In this document: piece after piece, positions 23,810-32,899 of the stretch
Numbering within the stretch: the first letter of the stretch is position 1
Layout: each line of letters opens with the position of its first letter
NCBI GenBank assembly: GCA_963761305.1
Contig: CAVXGK010000002.1
Location: forward strand, 96,001 to 160,000
Source: an uncultured Gemmatimonadaceae bacterium
GTDB lineage: Bacteria; Gemmatimonadota; Gemmatimonadetes; Gemmatimonadales; Gemmatimonadaceae
DNA: 64,000 nucleotides
Direction of reading: 5' to 3'
Notes under the pieces: generated by a model
Told to the model about the DNA's origin: nothing
What the model saw: the letters and a program-made list of their open reading frames with translations, nothing else
The model's database searches: none
Made by a program: the position numbers and the translations under genes

Positions 23810-23931
23810 CGCACGTCCTCCTCGACGCGCTCGACGTCGGCGGTGCGCCCCAGACGGTCGCAACCAGCCACGTACGCGATCATCAGGGCGAAGAACACAA
23901 CCGTTCCGATGACGTAGATGAAATCCATCAT
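23806..23931 (-). CDS. Small single-TM protein upstream of kdpF (41 aa)
   Basis: Not in ORF track. [41 protein letters not shown]; stop overlaps kdpF start (ATGA). Confidence 0.75.
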   Translation of the reverse strand: MMDFIYVIGTVVFFALMIAYVAGCDRLGRTADVERVEEDVR

Positions 23932-24004
23932 GAGATATCTGCCCGAACAGGCATGGCCCGCTCACGAGTATGACCGCAACTGCGATCCGCGCATCCAGGC
24001 GCAA

Positions 24005-24070
24005 AGGCTACGGGCTCAGGCACAAAGGCCGCACAAAAAAAGCCGGGCGCTGTCATAAAAAGACCGCAAA
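24005..24070 (-). promoter_or_regulatory. Putative KdpE-dependent promoter of the kdp operon
   Basis: Minus-strand hexamers TTTGCG, TTTATG, TTTGTG, TTTGTG spaced 11/22/11 bp, then 10 bp, then -10-like TAGCCT. Confidence 0.7.
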
Positions 24071-24208
24071 AACCGCCATCAACCGGGTCCACAGCCGTCT
24101 CGTCAGGCTCGTGCGTGGCGGCAAGATGGAGCAGCGCCTGCAAGCTGTCTGCCAGGGTTTGAGACGCACGTTGTAGGTTGCAGCCTGACGCCGCAGTGCC
24201 TCAGCGCG

Positions 24209-25879
24209 CTACCCTGCCGCGTTCAGTGCGTCGATGTCGGCCGCCGGCAGCTCGAGCGTGAAAATCGATCCGCCGCCGGAGCGCGGTGAGTAGCGCACAA
24301 CGCCGCCCTCGGCCTCGGCGAGCCCGCGCGCGATCGACAGTCCCAGCCCGTGACCGCGGACGTCCGGGGGCACGCCCGGCGGTCTATAAAAAGGCTCGAA
24401 TATTCGGTCGTGTTCTCCGGGAGGAACGCCGAGCCCGCGGTCCATGACTTCGATGTCGATTCGATCACCGCGCCGTCGGACGCGGACGTCGATGGGAGTA
24501 TCGGTCGGGGAATATTTGGCGGCGTTGTCGAGGAGATTGACAACGATGCGCAGCGTCTGCGTGAGGTCGAACACGCCGGCGAGGAGCGCGTCGCTTGGCG
24601 CGTCGATCTCGACGCGGCGTCCGCGGAGAATTCCCTCGGCGCTGCGCAGCGCGGCCCCGAGCAGATCGTCGACCGTGTTCACGGCGAGCGCCGGCCGTAC
24701 GGCGCCTGCATGAATGCGCGAGAGGTCGAGCAAATCGTTCACCAGCGCGTTCATGCGATCCGCTTCCGCTTCGATGACGGCGGCGCGTTCCGCGTCGGCG
24801 CCGCCAAGAATCTCGTGGGCGACGCCCTTGATCGTCGTGAGCGGCGTGCGAAGGTCGTGTGATACGGCCGTGAGGAGCGCGCTCCGAAGACTCTCGACCC
24901 GTCGTTCGGCCTCGGCGCGCTCCGCCGCGGCGACGAGTCGGGCGCGCTCGGCGCCGAGCGCCGCGTAATAGGCGAGGGCGACGAGCAGGCGGCCTTGCTC
25001 TGGAGTGAGCAAGAGCTCGTCGGCCGCGGCGACCCGTAGCACGCCGACGGTCCGCTGCCGCACGCGCAACGGGAGCGCGAGCGCGCGTACCTCTGGCGCG
25101 CCGGAAGCGGCCACCGATCCGTCGCGGCGCATTCGTTGGCGAAACGAGTCGAGGGCGGTGCGGTCTCCGGTGCGAGTGACGGCACGCACGGCGGCGACGG
25201 TCTCCGGCTGCGCCTCCCATCGCTGTCCGGCATGCGCGTCGACGTGCGGCAGCTCGTGGGCCACGCGCACCGTGCCGTCGGCCAGCTCGACCGCGCTCGC
25301 GCCGTGCTCGAGAATCCATTCGACGAGGCTCCCGCGCTTGACTCGACCGCCCACGTCGTGGAGGTAGATCTCGCAGTCGTCGGCGTGCACCGATTGGCGA
25401 ATCACGTCGGCGATCGCGCACAATGCTTCGTCGGCGTCCGCCGCGTTGAGCGTCTCCGCGCCCAGCGCCGCGAGTCGGTCCACCTCGATCGCGCGCGCCG
25501 TCGCCTCCTCGGCCGTCGCTGTCGCGCGGTAGAGCAGTTGCGCCGCGACGACGCTCGTCACGAGAAACGCGACCAGCACGAGCCAGTCGAGCGGATTCTG
25601 AATGACGAGCGTGAGATAGGGAACGAGAAAGAAGAAATCGAAACACAGAAAGGCGACGGCGGCGACGGTCAATCCGAGTACGCGTCCGCCGGCCGCGCTC
25701 GCGGCCAGGACGATGAGCAGATACACGAGCGCGACGTGCGCCTTGTCGAGATGGGCGCGAACGAGGTACATGCCGATGGTCGCCGCGGCGAGCACGGCCA
25801 GCGTCAGCGCCCAGCGCGCCGCGACGCGCGCGCGCCCGGATCGGGCGAGGGCGGGCTGGGCCGTCTCGAGCGTCGTCAC
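24209..25879 (-). CDS. kdpD: KdpD C-terminal half: TM (DUF4118) + GAF-like + HisKA + HATPase
   Basis: FDFFFLVPYLTL TM motif; AVSHDLRTPL; NLLDNAAKYS; DRGLG; GHGLGLSI; lacks N-terminal KdpD/Usp domains. Confidence 0.9.
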   Translation of the reverse strand: MTTLETAQPALARSGRARVAARWALTLAVLAAATIGMYLVRAHLDKAHVALVYLLIVLAASAAGGRVLGLTVAAVAFLCFDFFFLVPYLTLVIQNPLDWLVLVAFLVTSVVAAQLLYRATATAEEATARAIEVDRLAALGAETLNAADADEALCAIADVIRQSVHADDCEIYLHDVGGRVKRGSLVEWILEHGASAVELADGTVRVAHELPHVDAHAGQRWEAQPETVAAVRAVTRTGDRTALDSFRQRMRRDGSVAASGAPEVRALALPLRVRQRTVGVLRVAAADELLLTPEQGRLLVALAYYAALGAERARLVAAAERAEAERRVESLRSALLTAVSHDLRTPLTTIKGVAHEILGGADAERAAVIEAEADRMNALVNDLLDLSRIHAGAVRPALAVNTVDDLLGAALRSAEGILRGRRVEIDAPSDALLAGVFDLTQTLRIVVNLLDNAAKYSPTDTPIDVRVRRRGDRIDIEVMDRGLGVPPGEHDRIFEPFYRPPGVPPDVRGHGLGLSIARGLAEAEGGVVRYSPRSGGGSIFTLELPAADIDALNAAG

Positions 25880-26646
25880 ACCGCTTCACCGTCCGGTTCG
25901 AATCGGTAGCCGACGCCGGGTTCGGTGTGAATGAATCGCGGGCGCATCGGATCCTCCTCGACCTTGCGGCGCAGGTGGCCGACGTACACGCGAAGATACT
26001 GCTGAGCGTCGCCCGACGCGTTCCCCCACACGTCGCGGAACAGTTGTTGATGCGTGAGCGTCTGGCGGGGATGCGCCATGAACGTACGAAGCAACGCCCA
26101 CTCGGTGGGCGTCAAATGGATCGCCGTCCCCTGTCGCTCGACGCGGCGACGCTGCGGATCGACGCTGACGTCGCCGAACGTCACGCGCGACGGAATCCCG
26201 GCGCTCGTCGGCGTTCCCGGCTGCGCGGCACGGGCGCGCCGAAACTGCGCGCGCACTCGCGCCATGAGCTCGACGCTGCTGAACGGCTTGGTCACGTAGT
26301 CGTCGGCGCCCGCGTCGAGCAGCGCCACCTTTTCGGTCTCCAGGTGCCTGGCCGAGAGCACGATGATCGGCGCGCTCGACCAACGGCGAATCTCGCGGCA
26401 TACCTCGATGCCCTCCATGTCCGGAAGGCCCAGATCGAGGATCACGAGCGCCGGCTGCTCACCGGCGGCGAGGTCGATGCCGTCTTGGCCGTTGGCTGCT
26501 TCGACGATGCGGAGTGCGGGCGCCGGCGAGGCGTCCTTCGGCGCCGACGCGGCCAGCGTGGGATCGCCGTTCAATGCATTGCGCACGAGCCGCCTGATCT
26601 GCGGTTCGTCGTCGATGACGAGGATCGTGAGCGAGGGGTCGGACAC
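25876..26646 (-). CDS. kdpE: OmpR-family response regulator KdpE
   Basis: ILVIDDEPQIRR, LDLGLPD, GADDYVTKPF, YLRVYVGHLRRK, TEPGVGYRF; probable GTG start 26646. Confidence 0.93.
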   Translation of the reverse strand: MSDPSLTILVIDDEPQIRRLVRNALNGDPTLAASAPKDASPAPALRIVEAANGQDGIDLAAGEQPALVILDLGLPDMEGIEVCREIRRWSSAPIIVLSARHLETEKVALLDAGADDYVTKPFSSVELMARVRAQFRRARAAQPGTPTSAGIPSRVTFGDVSVDPQRRRVERQGTAIHLTPTEWALLRTFMAHPRQTLTHQQLFRDVWGNASGDAQQYLRVYVGHLRRKVEEDPMRPRFIHTEPGVGYRFEPDGEAV

Positions 26647-26697
26647 GATCGAATGATGCACGCGCCGGGGTTTGCGTGCGCGCCGCACCGGGCCGCT

Positions 26698-26763
26698 TTT
26701 ATCACCTTTTTATGGCCGTCGCCGCGTTTGTTTGTGCAGCGTTTATGGGCTGGATCGTAGCTT
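26698..26763 (+). promoter_or_regulatory. Second putative KdpE-dependent promoter
   Basis: TTTATC(26698), TTTATG(26709), TTTGTG(26731), TTTATG(26742), 10 bp, TAGCTT(26758): same geometry as 24005..24070. Confidence 0.7.
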
Positions 26764-26794
26764 CGAGACAGTTCTTCAACGCGCAGTGAAATCG

Positions 26795-27496
26795 ATGCTC
26801 GCCTCTGTGTTCATTCCAGTCTCGGTGACCGGAATCGCCGCCTTCGTGGCCGGCGGTGGTGTCGGCGCGTCGCTCACGCGCGTGGCCGGCATCCGTGGCG
26901 CCGGCGTCCGCGACGCTCTCAGGTCGATCGTCTCGCGATTTCAATCGACGTCGAGTGACGCGGCGACGGCTCCGGGTGCGGCGCGCGCGAGCACGCCGCC
27001 GCTGGTCGCCGGTGACAGCGTATTGCCGCTGCGCCGTGTACGGACTGGTCGCCTTCCGCTCCCGCAACGCGTCACGCACCTCACGCCCGACGACGAGCCC
27101 GCGCTCGGACCGGTCAACGAGTTCGCCGATCACCTGGCCGATTTCCCGGTCGACGAGTGGCTGGCGATTGGTCGTGGCCTTTTGACCGACCGAGACCATC
27201 ACGCGTCGCGCGCGATGTCATACGCCACGCTCGAATCGACGATCAACGATCGTGGACTGGCGATCGCCGCGTGGTACGTGCGGGACGCAGTCGAGACCTC
27301 GGCGTACTACGCCACGCACTCGACTCGATACTGGAACTCGAGCGGCCGTCGCGCGTTCGCGGCGGCACACGGGGCGGCGGAAGAGGCGGCGCTCGCGTTG
27401 CTCGCGCGCGAGTCCTTGCCCGCCGAGGACTTCGAGCTCCTGAGCGCCCCGTACGTCCGGCTGATCAATCGCGCGAGCGTTCGCAGGCAAGCGTAG
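26795..27496 (+). CDS. Hypothetical protein with N-terminal hydrophobic helix
   Basis: 233 aa ORF with host-like codon use filling the gap between kdpE and the peptidase; no family recognised. Confidence 0.65.
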   Translation: MLASVFIPVSVTGIAAFVAGGGVGASLTRVAGIRGAGVRDALRSIVSRFQSTSSDAATAPGAARASTPPLVAGDSVLPLRRVRTGRLPLPQRVTHLTPDDEPALGPVNEFADHLADFPVDEWLAIGRGLLTDRDHHASRAMSYATLESTINDRGLAIAAWYVRDAVETSAYYATHSTRYWNSSGRRAFAAAHGAAEEAALALLARESLPAEDFELLSAPYVRLINRASVRRQA

Positions 27497-27659
27497 GGGA
27501 GAGCGGCGCGCCGGTTGGCTGGCTTCCGGCGCCCGCGGGGAAGGGGCTCTTCCCAACACCCCGCAGCGGCGTAGCGTTGCCGCCCGTAGATCCTGTCAGG
27601 AACGCTGCCCCTGCGCGCTCCCCCCAAGCGTCGGACCCCTCGCCACAGGCCCCTCATTT

Positions 27660-30056
27660 ATGAATAGCCCGTCCAACCGCGCTGCCATCCTGGTCGCGCT
27701 GTGCGCCACGGCGCTGTCCGCTCAAACGGAGCAGCGAGCGTTTCAACCCCAGGATTGGTACCGCATTCAACGCGTCGGCGGCGGAACGCTGTCGCCGGAC
27801 GGCAACACGCTGGCGTTCACCGTCACGTCGGTGATCGAAAGCAAGGACGTCCGGCACACCGAGGTCTGGGTGCAGCCTGTAGCCGGTGGGGCGGCGAGAC
27901 GCATCACCGCCCCGGCCTTCGAGAGCACCGCTCCGCGCTGGTCCGACGACGGGCAGACGCTCTATTTCACGTCGACGCGCCCGGGGAGCCGCGGAAACAC
28001 GTGGGCGGTGAAGATGAATGAAGGCGGCGAGGCGTTTCCCGCCGAGGCCGGCGCCGGCGGCGCGGCCGCTGGACGCGGCGGTCGGGGAAGCGGCGGTGGA
28101 CGCGGTGGATTCGGCGCGGGGGCCGCGGCGCAGCCGGCCGATAAGAGTTTTACAATAACGGCTGGCGACGAAGGGGCCGGTGGCCGGGGCGGCCGCGGGG
28201 GCCGTGGCGGTGGGCGCGGAGGTCGCGGCGGCGGGGCGGCGGCAGATTCGTCGGCCGTCAATCCGAACGACCCGTACGGAAAGATGCTGCCGCTCGCTCG
28301 TCCGCCGCAGGGATCGATCACGAAACCCATCGATCCGGCGCGCTTCGACGGGCGACAGTTCATCGACGAGCGGACGCGATCCAACGACGCAGGCTTCATC
28401 GCGAGCACGGGCCGCGGCGGTCGCGGTGGCGCGGAGGCCGACACGCTCGGCGCCGCCGGTGGTGGGCGCGGAGGTCGCGGCGCATTCCTCCCGCCGGCCG
28501 GCACGCCGCCCGTTCAACTCTACATTCAGCGCGGATCGGGCGAGCGTAAGCAGCTCACCAACACCAACTACACGCACGCGGCGCCGAGCGTCTCGCCCGA
28601 CGGCAAGTGGGTCGTGTTCACGGCCGACGCCAAGCTTCGCTCGGATTCGCTCGTCGCGCGCGAGCGCGACTCGGTGGCCAAGCTCCCGCACAATCGCGCG
28701 CGCGACGAGGCCGACCGCAACGACGTCGATCTCTACATTCTGCCCGTCGCCGAATGCGAGGCGGGGAACGCGGCCGCGTGCAAGCCGAAGAAGGTCGAGT
28801 ACTTCGGCAGCGAGACCAACATCGTCTGGTCGGCGGACAGCAAGCAGTTCGCGTTCGTCGGGCGTCCGGGGCAATTCAGCAGCTCGCGCCTGCTGCTCGC
28901 GTCGGTCGACGGCGGCAAGGCCGTCGACCTCCTCGGCTCGTGGAAGTACGAGCCGGGACAGATCGAGTGGTTCAAGGACGGCAAGATCCGTATGAACACG
29001 ACCACCGGCGGCAGCCGTGGGTTGTGGCAGATCGATCCGGCGACCAAGCAGATCACGCCGGTCCTCGGCGGGCGCCGGGAAGTGTCGAACATCCTCATGG
29101 ACCGCGCGCAGACGAAGCTCGTCTACGAGTCGTCAGACATCTCTCATCTGGCCGAATACTACGTGTCGGACATCAACGGGCAGAATGAGAGAAAGCTCAC
29201 GTCGTTCAACGACGCCCTCCAGAAGGAAGTCGCGTTCTCCGACGCCGAGCGATTCACCTACAAGTCGCTCGACAATCTGGAGATCGAAGGCTGGCTGATG
29301 AAGCCGTACGGCTACCAGCCCGGCAAGAAGTATCCGGTCGTGCTGTACATCCACGGCGGCCCGCACTCGGCCTACGGGGAAGGGTGGTTCGACGAGTTCC
29401 AGAGCCTCGCCGGTGGCGGCGTGTTCGTGCTGTTCACCAATCCCCGCGGCTCGAGCGGCACCAACGGCGCGTTCACCAACGCGAGCCGCGGCGACTGGGG
29501 CGGCAAGGACTATTGGGATCTGATGAAGGCGGTGGACATCGCGGCCGCGCGCCCCGACGTCGACTCGACCCGCATGGGCGTCACGGGCGGATCGTACGGC
29601 GGCTACATGACGGCGTGGATCGAGACGAAGACCAATCGATTCAAGGCGGCCGAGACCGATCGCATGATCAGCGACTGGACGTACTGGTGGGGTGCGTCGG
29701 ACGCGCAGGGGCTGACGAACAACGAGTTCTTCGGCCGGCCGTGGGAGAATCAGGCGATGTACGATTCTCTCTCGCCGATTCGTCATGTGAAGAATGTGAA
29801 GACGCCGACGCTGATGGTTCAATCGGAGGAGGACTTCCGCGCGCCGATGGGCAACGCCGACATCTGGTACACGTCTCTGCGGGCCATGGGCGTGCCGGCG
29901 GAGTTCGTTCGCTATCCGCGGTCGACGCACGAGCTCTCGCGCTCCGGCGAGCCGTGGCTGCTCGTCGACCGGCTCGGACGAATTCGCCAGTGGTTCGACT
30001 ATTGGCTGATCCAGGGCGGCCCGCCGGCGAACGCCACGACGTCGATGACCCCGTAG
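27660..30056 (+). CDS. Secreted S9 (prolyl oligopeptidase/acylaminoacyl peptidase) family peptidase
   Basis: Signal peptide; SPDG propeller repeats; IHGGPH, NPRGS, GGSYGG, EEDFR, HELSR. Confidence 0.93.
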   Translation: MNSPSNRAAILVALCATALSAQTEQRAFQPQDWYRIQRVGGGTLSPDGNTLAFTVTSVIESKDVRHTEVWVQPVAGGAARRITAPAFESTAPRWSDDGQTLYFTSTRPGSRGNTWAVKMNEGGEAFPAEAGAGGAAAGRGGRGSGGGRGGFGAGAAAQPADKSFTITAGDEGAGGRGGRGGRGGGRGGRGGGAAADSSAVNPNDPYGKMLPLARPPQGSITKPIDPARFDGRQFIDERTRSNDAGFIASTGRGGRGGAEADTLGAAGGGRGGRGAFLPPAGTPPVQLYIQRGSGERKQLTNTNYTHAAPSVSPDGKWVVFTADAKLRSDSLVARERDSVAKLPHNRARDEADRNDVDLYILPVAECEAGNAAACKPKKVEYFGSETNIVWSADSKQFAFVGRPGQFSSSRLLLASVDGGKAVDLLGSWKYEPGQIEWFKDGKIRMNTTTGGSRGLWQIDPATKQITPVLGGRREVSNILMDRAQTKLVYESSDISHLAEYYVSDINGQNERKLTSFNDALQKEVAFSDAERFTYKSLDNLEIEGWLMKPYGYQPGKKYPVVLYIHGGPHSAYGEGWFDEFQSLAGGGVFVLFTNPRGSSGTNGAFTNASRGDWGGKDYWDLMKAVDIAAARPDVDSTRMGVTGGSYGGYMTAWIETKTNRFKAAETDRMISDWTYWWGASDAQGLTNNEFFGRPWENQAMYDSLSPIRHVKNVKTPTLMVQSEEDFRAPMGNADIWYTSLRAMGVPAEFVRYPRSTHELSRSGEPWLLVDRLGRIRQWFDYWLIQGGPPANATTSMTP

Positions 30057-30103
30057 GCCAGTAACGACGCGAGCCTTCCGGCGCCCCGCGATCCGTTCGT
30101 TGG

Positions 30104-30132
30104 TTGAACGGATCCGCCGGCGGGAGTATCTT
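30104..30132 (+). promoter_or_regulatory. Sigma70-like promoter of tRNA-Gly
   Basis: TTGAAC-17 bp-TATCTT ending 8 bp before the tRNA. Confidence 0.6.
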
Positions 30133-30140
30133 CACTCGAC

Positions 30141-30213
<73 letters not shown>

Positions 30214-30227
30214 CTGTGATGTAACGG

Positions 30228-30261
30228 AAGCCCCATCAATGAATCACGTTGGTGGGGCTTT
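30228..30261 (+). terminator. Hairpin after tRNA, probable intrinsic terminator
   Basis: AAGCCCCATCAA...TTGGTGGGGCTTT. Confidence 0.55.
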
Positions 30262-30368
30262 GTCGCGTGCGGCTGCTCGATGGCGGCAGGGTAGCCGCCG
30301 AGACGGAATCACCGAAGTTGTGGATCGAGGCGTACTGAGTTACTCCCATTGCTTGCCCCCGCATCCCT

Positions 30369-30839
30369 ATGACCGGACTGAGAACCCTCGTTGCGCTCGT
30401 GCTTGGAACGGCTTGCGCGCGTTCCGATTTGACAAGGCGAGCCCCAACGTATTCGCCGCGCGGGCGCGCCATCACCATCACCACCGTTCCACTGCTCGTC
30501 AAAGAGCAGCAGAACCTCTTCCCGTTCCTCAAGCCGGCTTTCGCGAAGGGTGGCGTCCTAGAGGGGAAGGAGGTCTACGCGTTTTCTCCGAGCACCGTCA
30601 CGGTCGTTGAGGGCGACACGATCCACTTCACGTTCATCAACCCTGAAGACGACGATCACTCCTTCGTCCTTCCCGACCTCTCCGTATCGCTGCCTGGTGG
30701 CAAGACAACCACGGCGACGTACGTCGCGGTCCACGCCGGCATCTTTCCGATCGTGTGTGCGATCGAGTCGCATTCACCGATGATGTCGGGACAACTCGTG
30801 GTGCTGTCCGCGGCCTCGATGGCCTCTGATGCACGCTGA
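30369..30839 (+). CDS. Cupredoxin-domain lipoprotein
   Basis: Lipobox-like LGTAC; FSPSTVTV, GDTI, HSF and C-x4-H-x2-MM type 1 copper ligand pattern. Confidence 0.75.
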   Translation: MTGLRTLVALVLGTACARSDLTRRAPTYSPRGRAITITTVPLLVKEQQNLFPFLKPAFAKGGVLEGKEVYAFSPSTVTVVEGDTIHFTFINPEDDDHSFVLPDLSVSLPGGKTTTATYVAVHAGIFPIVCAIESHSPMMSGQLVVLSAASMASDAR

Positions 30840-32010
30840 CGACGTCGAGAACCCGGAGGGCAAGGGTGATGGTGAACGACGAACACCGCTTCTCGACATT
30901 GCGCGGGTGTTCCTGAAGCTTGGCACGATCGGCTTCGGTGGACCCGCGGCGCACATCGCGATGATGGAGCATGAGGTCGTCCGCCGGCGGCAGTGGGTGA
31001 CCCGAGAGGAGTTCCTTGACTACGTCGGGGCGACAAACCTCATCCCGGGTCCGAATTCGACGGAGCTCGCGATTCACATCGGACTCGCGCGCGCTGGCTG
31101 GTGGGGACTCCTTGTTGCCGGTGGCAGTTTCATCCTCCCGGCCACGCTGATCGTCACCGCGATCGCATCGCTATACGTTCGATTCGCCACGCTGCCGACG
31201 GCGGTCGCACTCCTCTATGGCGTCAAGCCCGTCGTGATCGCCGTGGTATTGCAAGCGCTCTGGGGGCTCGCCCGCAGTGCACTCAAGACACGGCGGCTGA
31301 TTCTCCTCGCCGCTGTGACCACGGTGTGCGCGTTCGCGGGTATCAATGAACTCATAATACTGTTCGCGGCCGGGGCGATCATGGCGGCGAGCCGTATGAT
31401 CGAGAGACGTGGGTCGGCCGCCCCCGCGCACTTGCTGTCGTTGTTCTCGATGTCCGGAGGCGCGGCAGCGGCATCTCCCTTTGGCATGTGGCCCCTGTTC
31501 GCCGTGTTCGTCAAGATCGGGTCCGTTCTCTTCGGCAGCGGGTACGTGCTTCTTGCGTTTCTTCGCGCTGACTTGGTCGAGCGGCTACACTGGCTCACCG
31601 AACGTCAACTCCTTGATGCCGTGGCCGTCGGTCAGATCACGCCTGGCCCGCTGTTCACGACTGCGACGTTCATCGGGTGCGTTCTCGGCGGGAGCTTGGG
31701 GGCGACCGTCGCGACCGTTGGCATCTTCGTCCCCGCATTCATTTTCGTCGCCATCAGCGGTCTCGCCCTCCCGCGCCTTCGACGATCACCGGCGATGCGA
31801 GCGGCTCTGGACGGCGTGAACGTCGCGTCGCTCGGCCTGATGGGCGCGGTCACGTGGCAACTCGCGCGCACCGCGCTGGTGGATCCACTGACCGTCGGAC
31901 TCGCCGTGGCAAGCGCGCTGCTTCTCATCCGCGCTCGCATCAATTCCGCGTGGCTCGTCCTCGGCGGCGCCGTGGTCGGCGTTGTCTCGACCGGCCTGTC
32001 CCACGGCTGA
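30829..32010 (+). CDS. chrA: Chromate efflux transporter (long-chain CHR)
   Basis: FLKLGTIGFGGP, PGPNS, FGSGY, GQITPGP; duplicated domain. Confidence 0.93.
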   Translation: MHADDVENPEGKGDGERRTPLLDIARVFLKLGTIGFGGPAAHIAMMEHEVVRRRQWVTREEFLDYVGATNLIPGPNSTELAIHIGLARAGWWGLLVAGGSFILPATLIVTAIASLYVRFATLPTAVALLYGVKPVVIAVVLQALWGLARSALKTRRLILLAAVTTVCAFAGINELIILFAAGAIMAASRMIERRGSAAPAHLLSLFSMSGGAAAASPFGMWPLFAVFVKIGSVLFGSGYVLLAFLRADLVERLHWLTERQLLDAVAVGQITPGPLFTTATFIGCVLGGSLGATVATVGIFVPAFIFVAISGLALPRLRRSPAMRAALDGVNVASLGLMGAVTWQLARTALVDPLTVGLAVASALLLIRARINSAWLVLGGAVVGVVSTGLSHG

Positions 32011-32047
32011 ACCTCGGGTCCCCTGGGGGACCGTTTGACGGTCACTG

Positions 32048-32353
32048 TTAGCTCGCGCGATCGAGGACGCGAACCTCGCGTTCCAGCTTGGCGCCGAGGT
32101 GGTCGCGCTCCACTTCGAGATCATACCGCGCCTGAAGATTGAGCCAGAACCGGTCACTGGTGCCGAAATAGCGGGCGAGGCGGAGGGCGGTGTCCGCGGA
32201 GATGGCGCGTGTCCCGTGCACGATCTCGTTGATCCGACGCGCGGGTACACTGATGTCCTTGGCCAAACGGTACTGCGAAATCCCAAGGGGCTCCAGAAAG
32301 TCGAGCCCGAGGACTTCACCGGGATGGATCGGCGCGAGTTTGCGAGGGGCCAT
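32048..32353 (-). CDS. higA: HigA antitoxin
   Basis: PIHPGEVL, RINEIVHG, DTALRLARYFG, FWLNLQ; start at 32353. Confidence 0.95.
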   Translation of the reverse strand: MAPRKLAPIHPGEVLGLDFLEPLGISQYRLAKDISVPARRINEIVHGTRAISADTALRLARYFGTSDRFWLNLQARYDLEVERDHLGAKLEREVRVLDRAS

Positions 32354-32363
32354 CGGATTGCCT

Positions 32364-32645
32364 CTAGTGATAGTCCACGATCTGGACGTCGTACGCGTTC
32401 CCGTTCTTCCAGCGGAAGCAGATCCGCCACTGATCGTTGACGCGAATACTGTGCTGGCCGGCGCGGTTGCCCTTGAGCTTCTCCAGGCGATTGCCCGGCG
32501 GCACGCGGGGGTCATCCAGCGTTTCGGCGGCGTCGACTATGCCGAGCTTGCGCAGCATGGCCCGGTGGAGCTCGGCAGGAAGGCGTCGGACCGGGTCCCG
32601 GTGGAAGAGCCGCTCCGTGTCGCGATCAGCGAAGCTCTGGATCAC
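32364..32645 (-). CDS. higB: HigB (RelE/ParE family) toxin
   Basis: IQSFAD, PPGNRLEKLKG, HSIRVNDQWRICF, IVDYH. Confidence 0.95.
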   Translation of the reverse strand: MIQSFADRDTERLFHRDPVRRLPAELHRAMLRKLGIVDAAETLDDPRVPPGNRLEKLKGNRAGQHSIRVNDQWRICFRWKNGNAYDVQIVDYH

Positions 32646-32650
32646 GAGGA

Positions 32651-32688
32651 ATAGTAACGCGGCGCGACCATAACGTCAAGCGTTACTA
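32651..32688 (-). promoter_or_regulatory. higBA promoter and operator
   Basis: TTGACG-17 bp-TACTAT on minus strand; TAACG-N5-CGTTA palindrome and TAGTAACGC...GCGTTACTA inverted repeat overlap it. Confidence 0.7.
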
Positions 32689-32899
32689 CGGCTCGCCTGC
32701 GAACCTTTGAAAACGCAGGACCGAGAGTCAGACTCGGCCAGATTGGACACGCGCGAGGCCCTCGTGCGACCGGAATCTCGTGATTGCCCGATCGCCAAGC
32801 GAACTGTCCACGCGTCCGTCGGGAGTGGAGGCAGGCACCTAACTTTCCCTCGGCATCACATTGCCGCGCCAAACGTCCCCGATCTATTCCCGTCTCTGC

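Noticed and set aside
27497..27659. Structured ncRNA before the S9 peptidase
   Set aside because: Only GC-rich pairing expected by chance; no recognisable family
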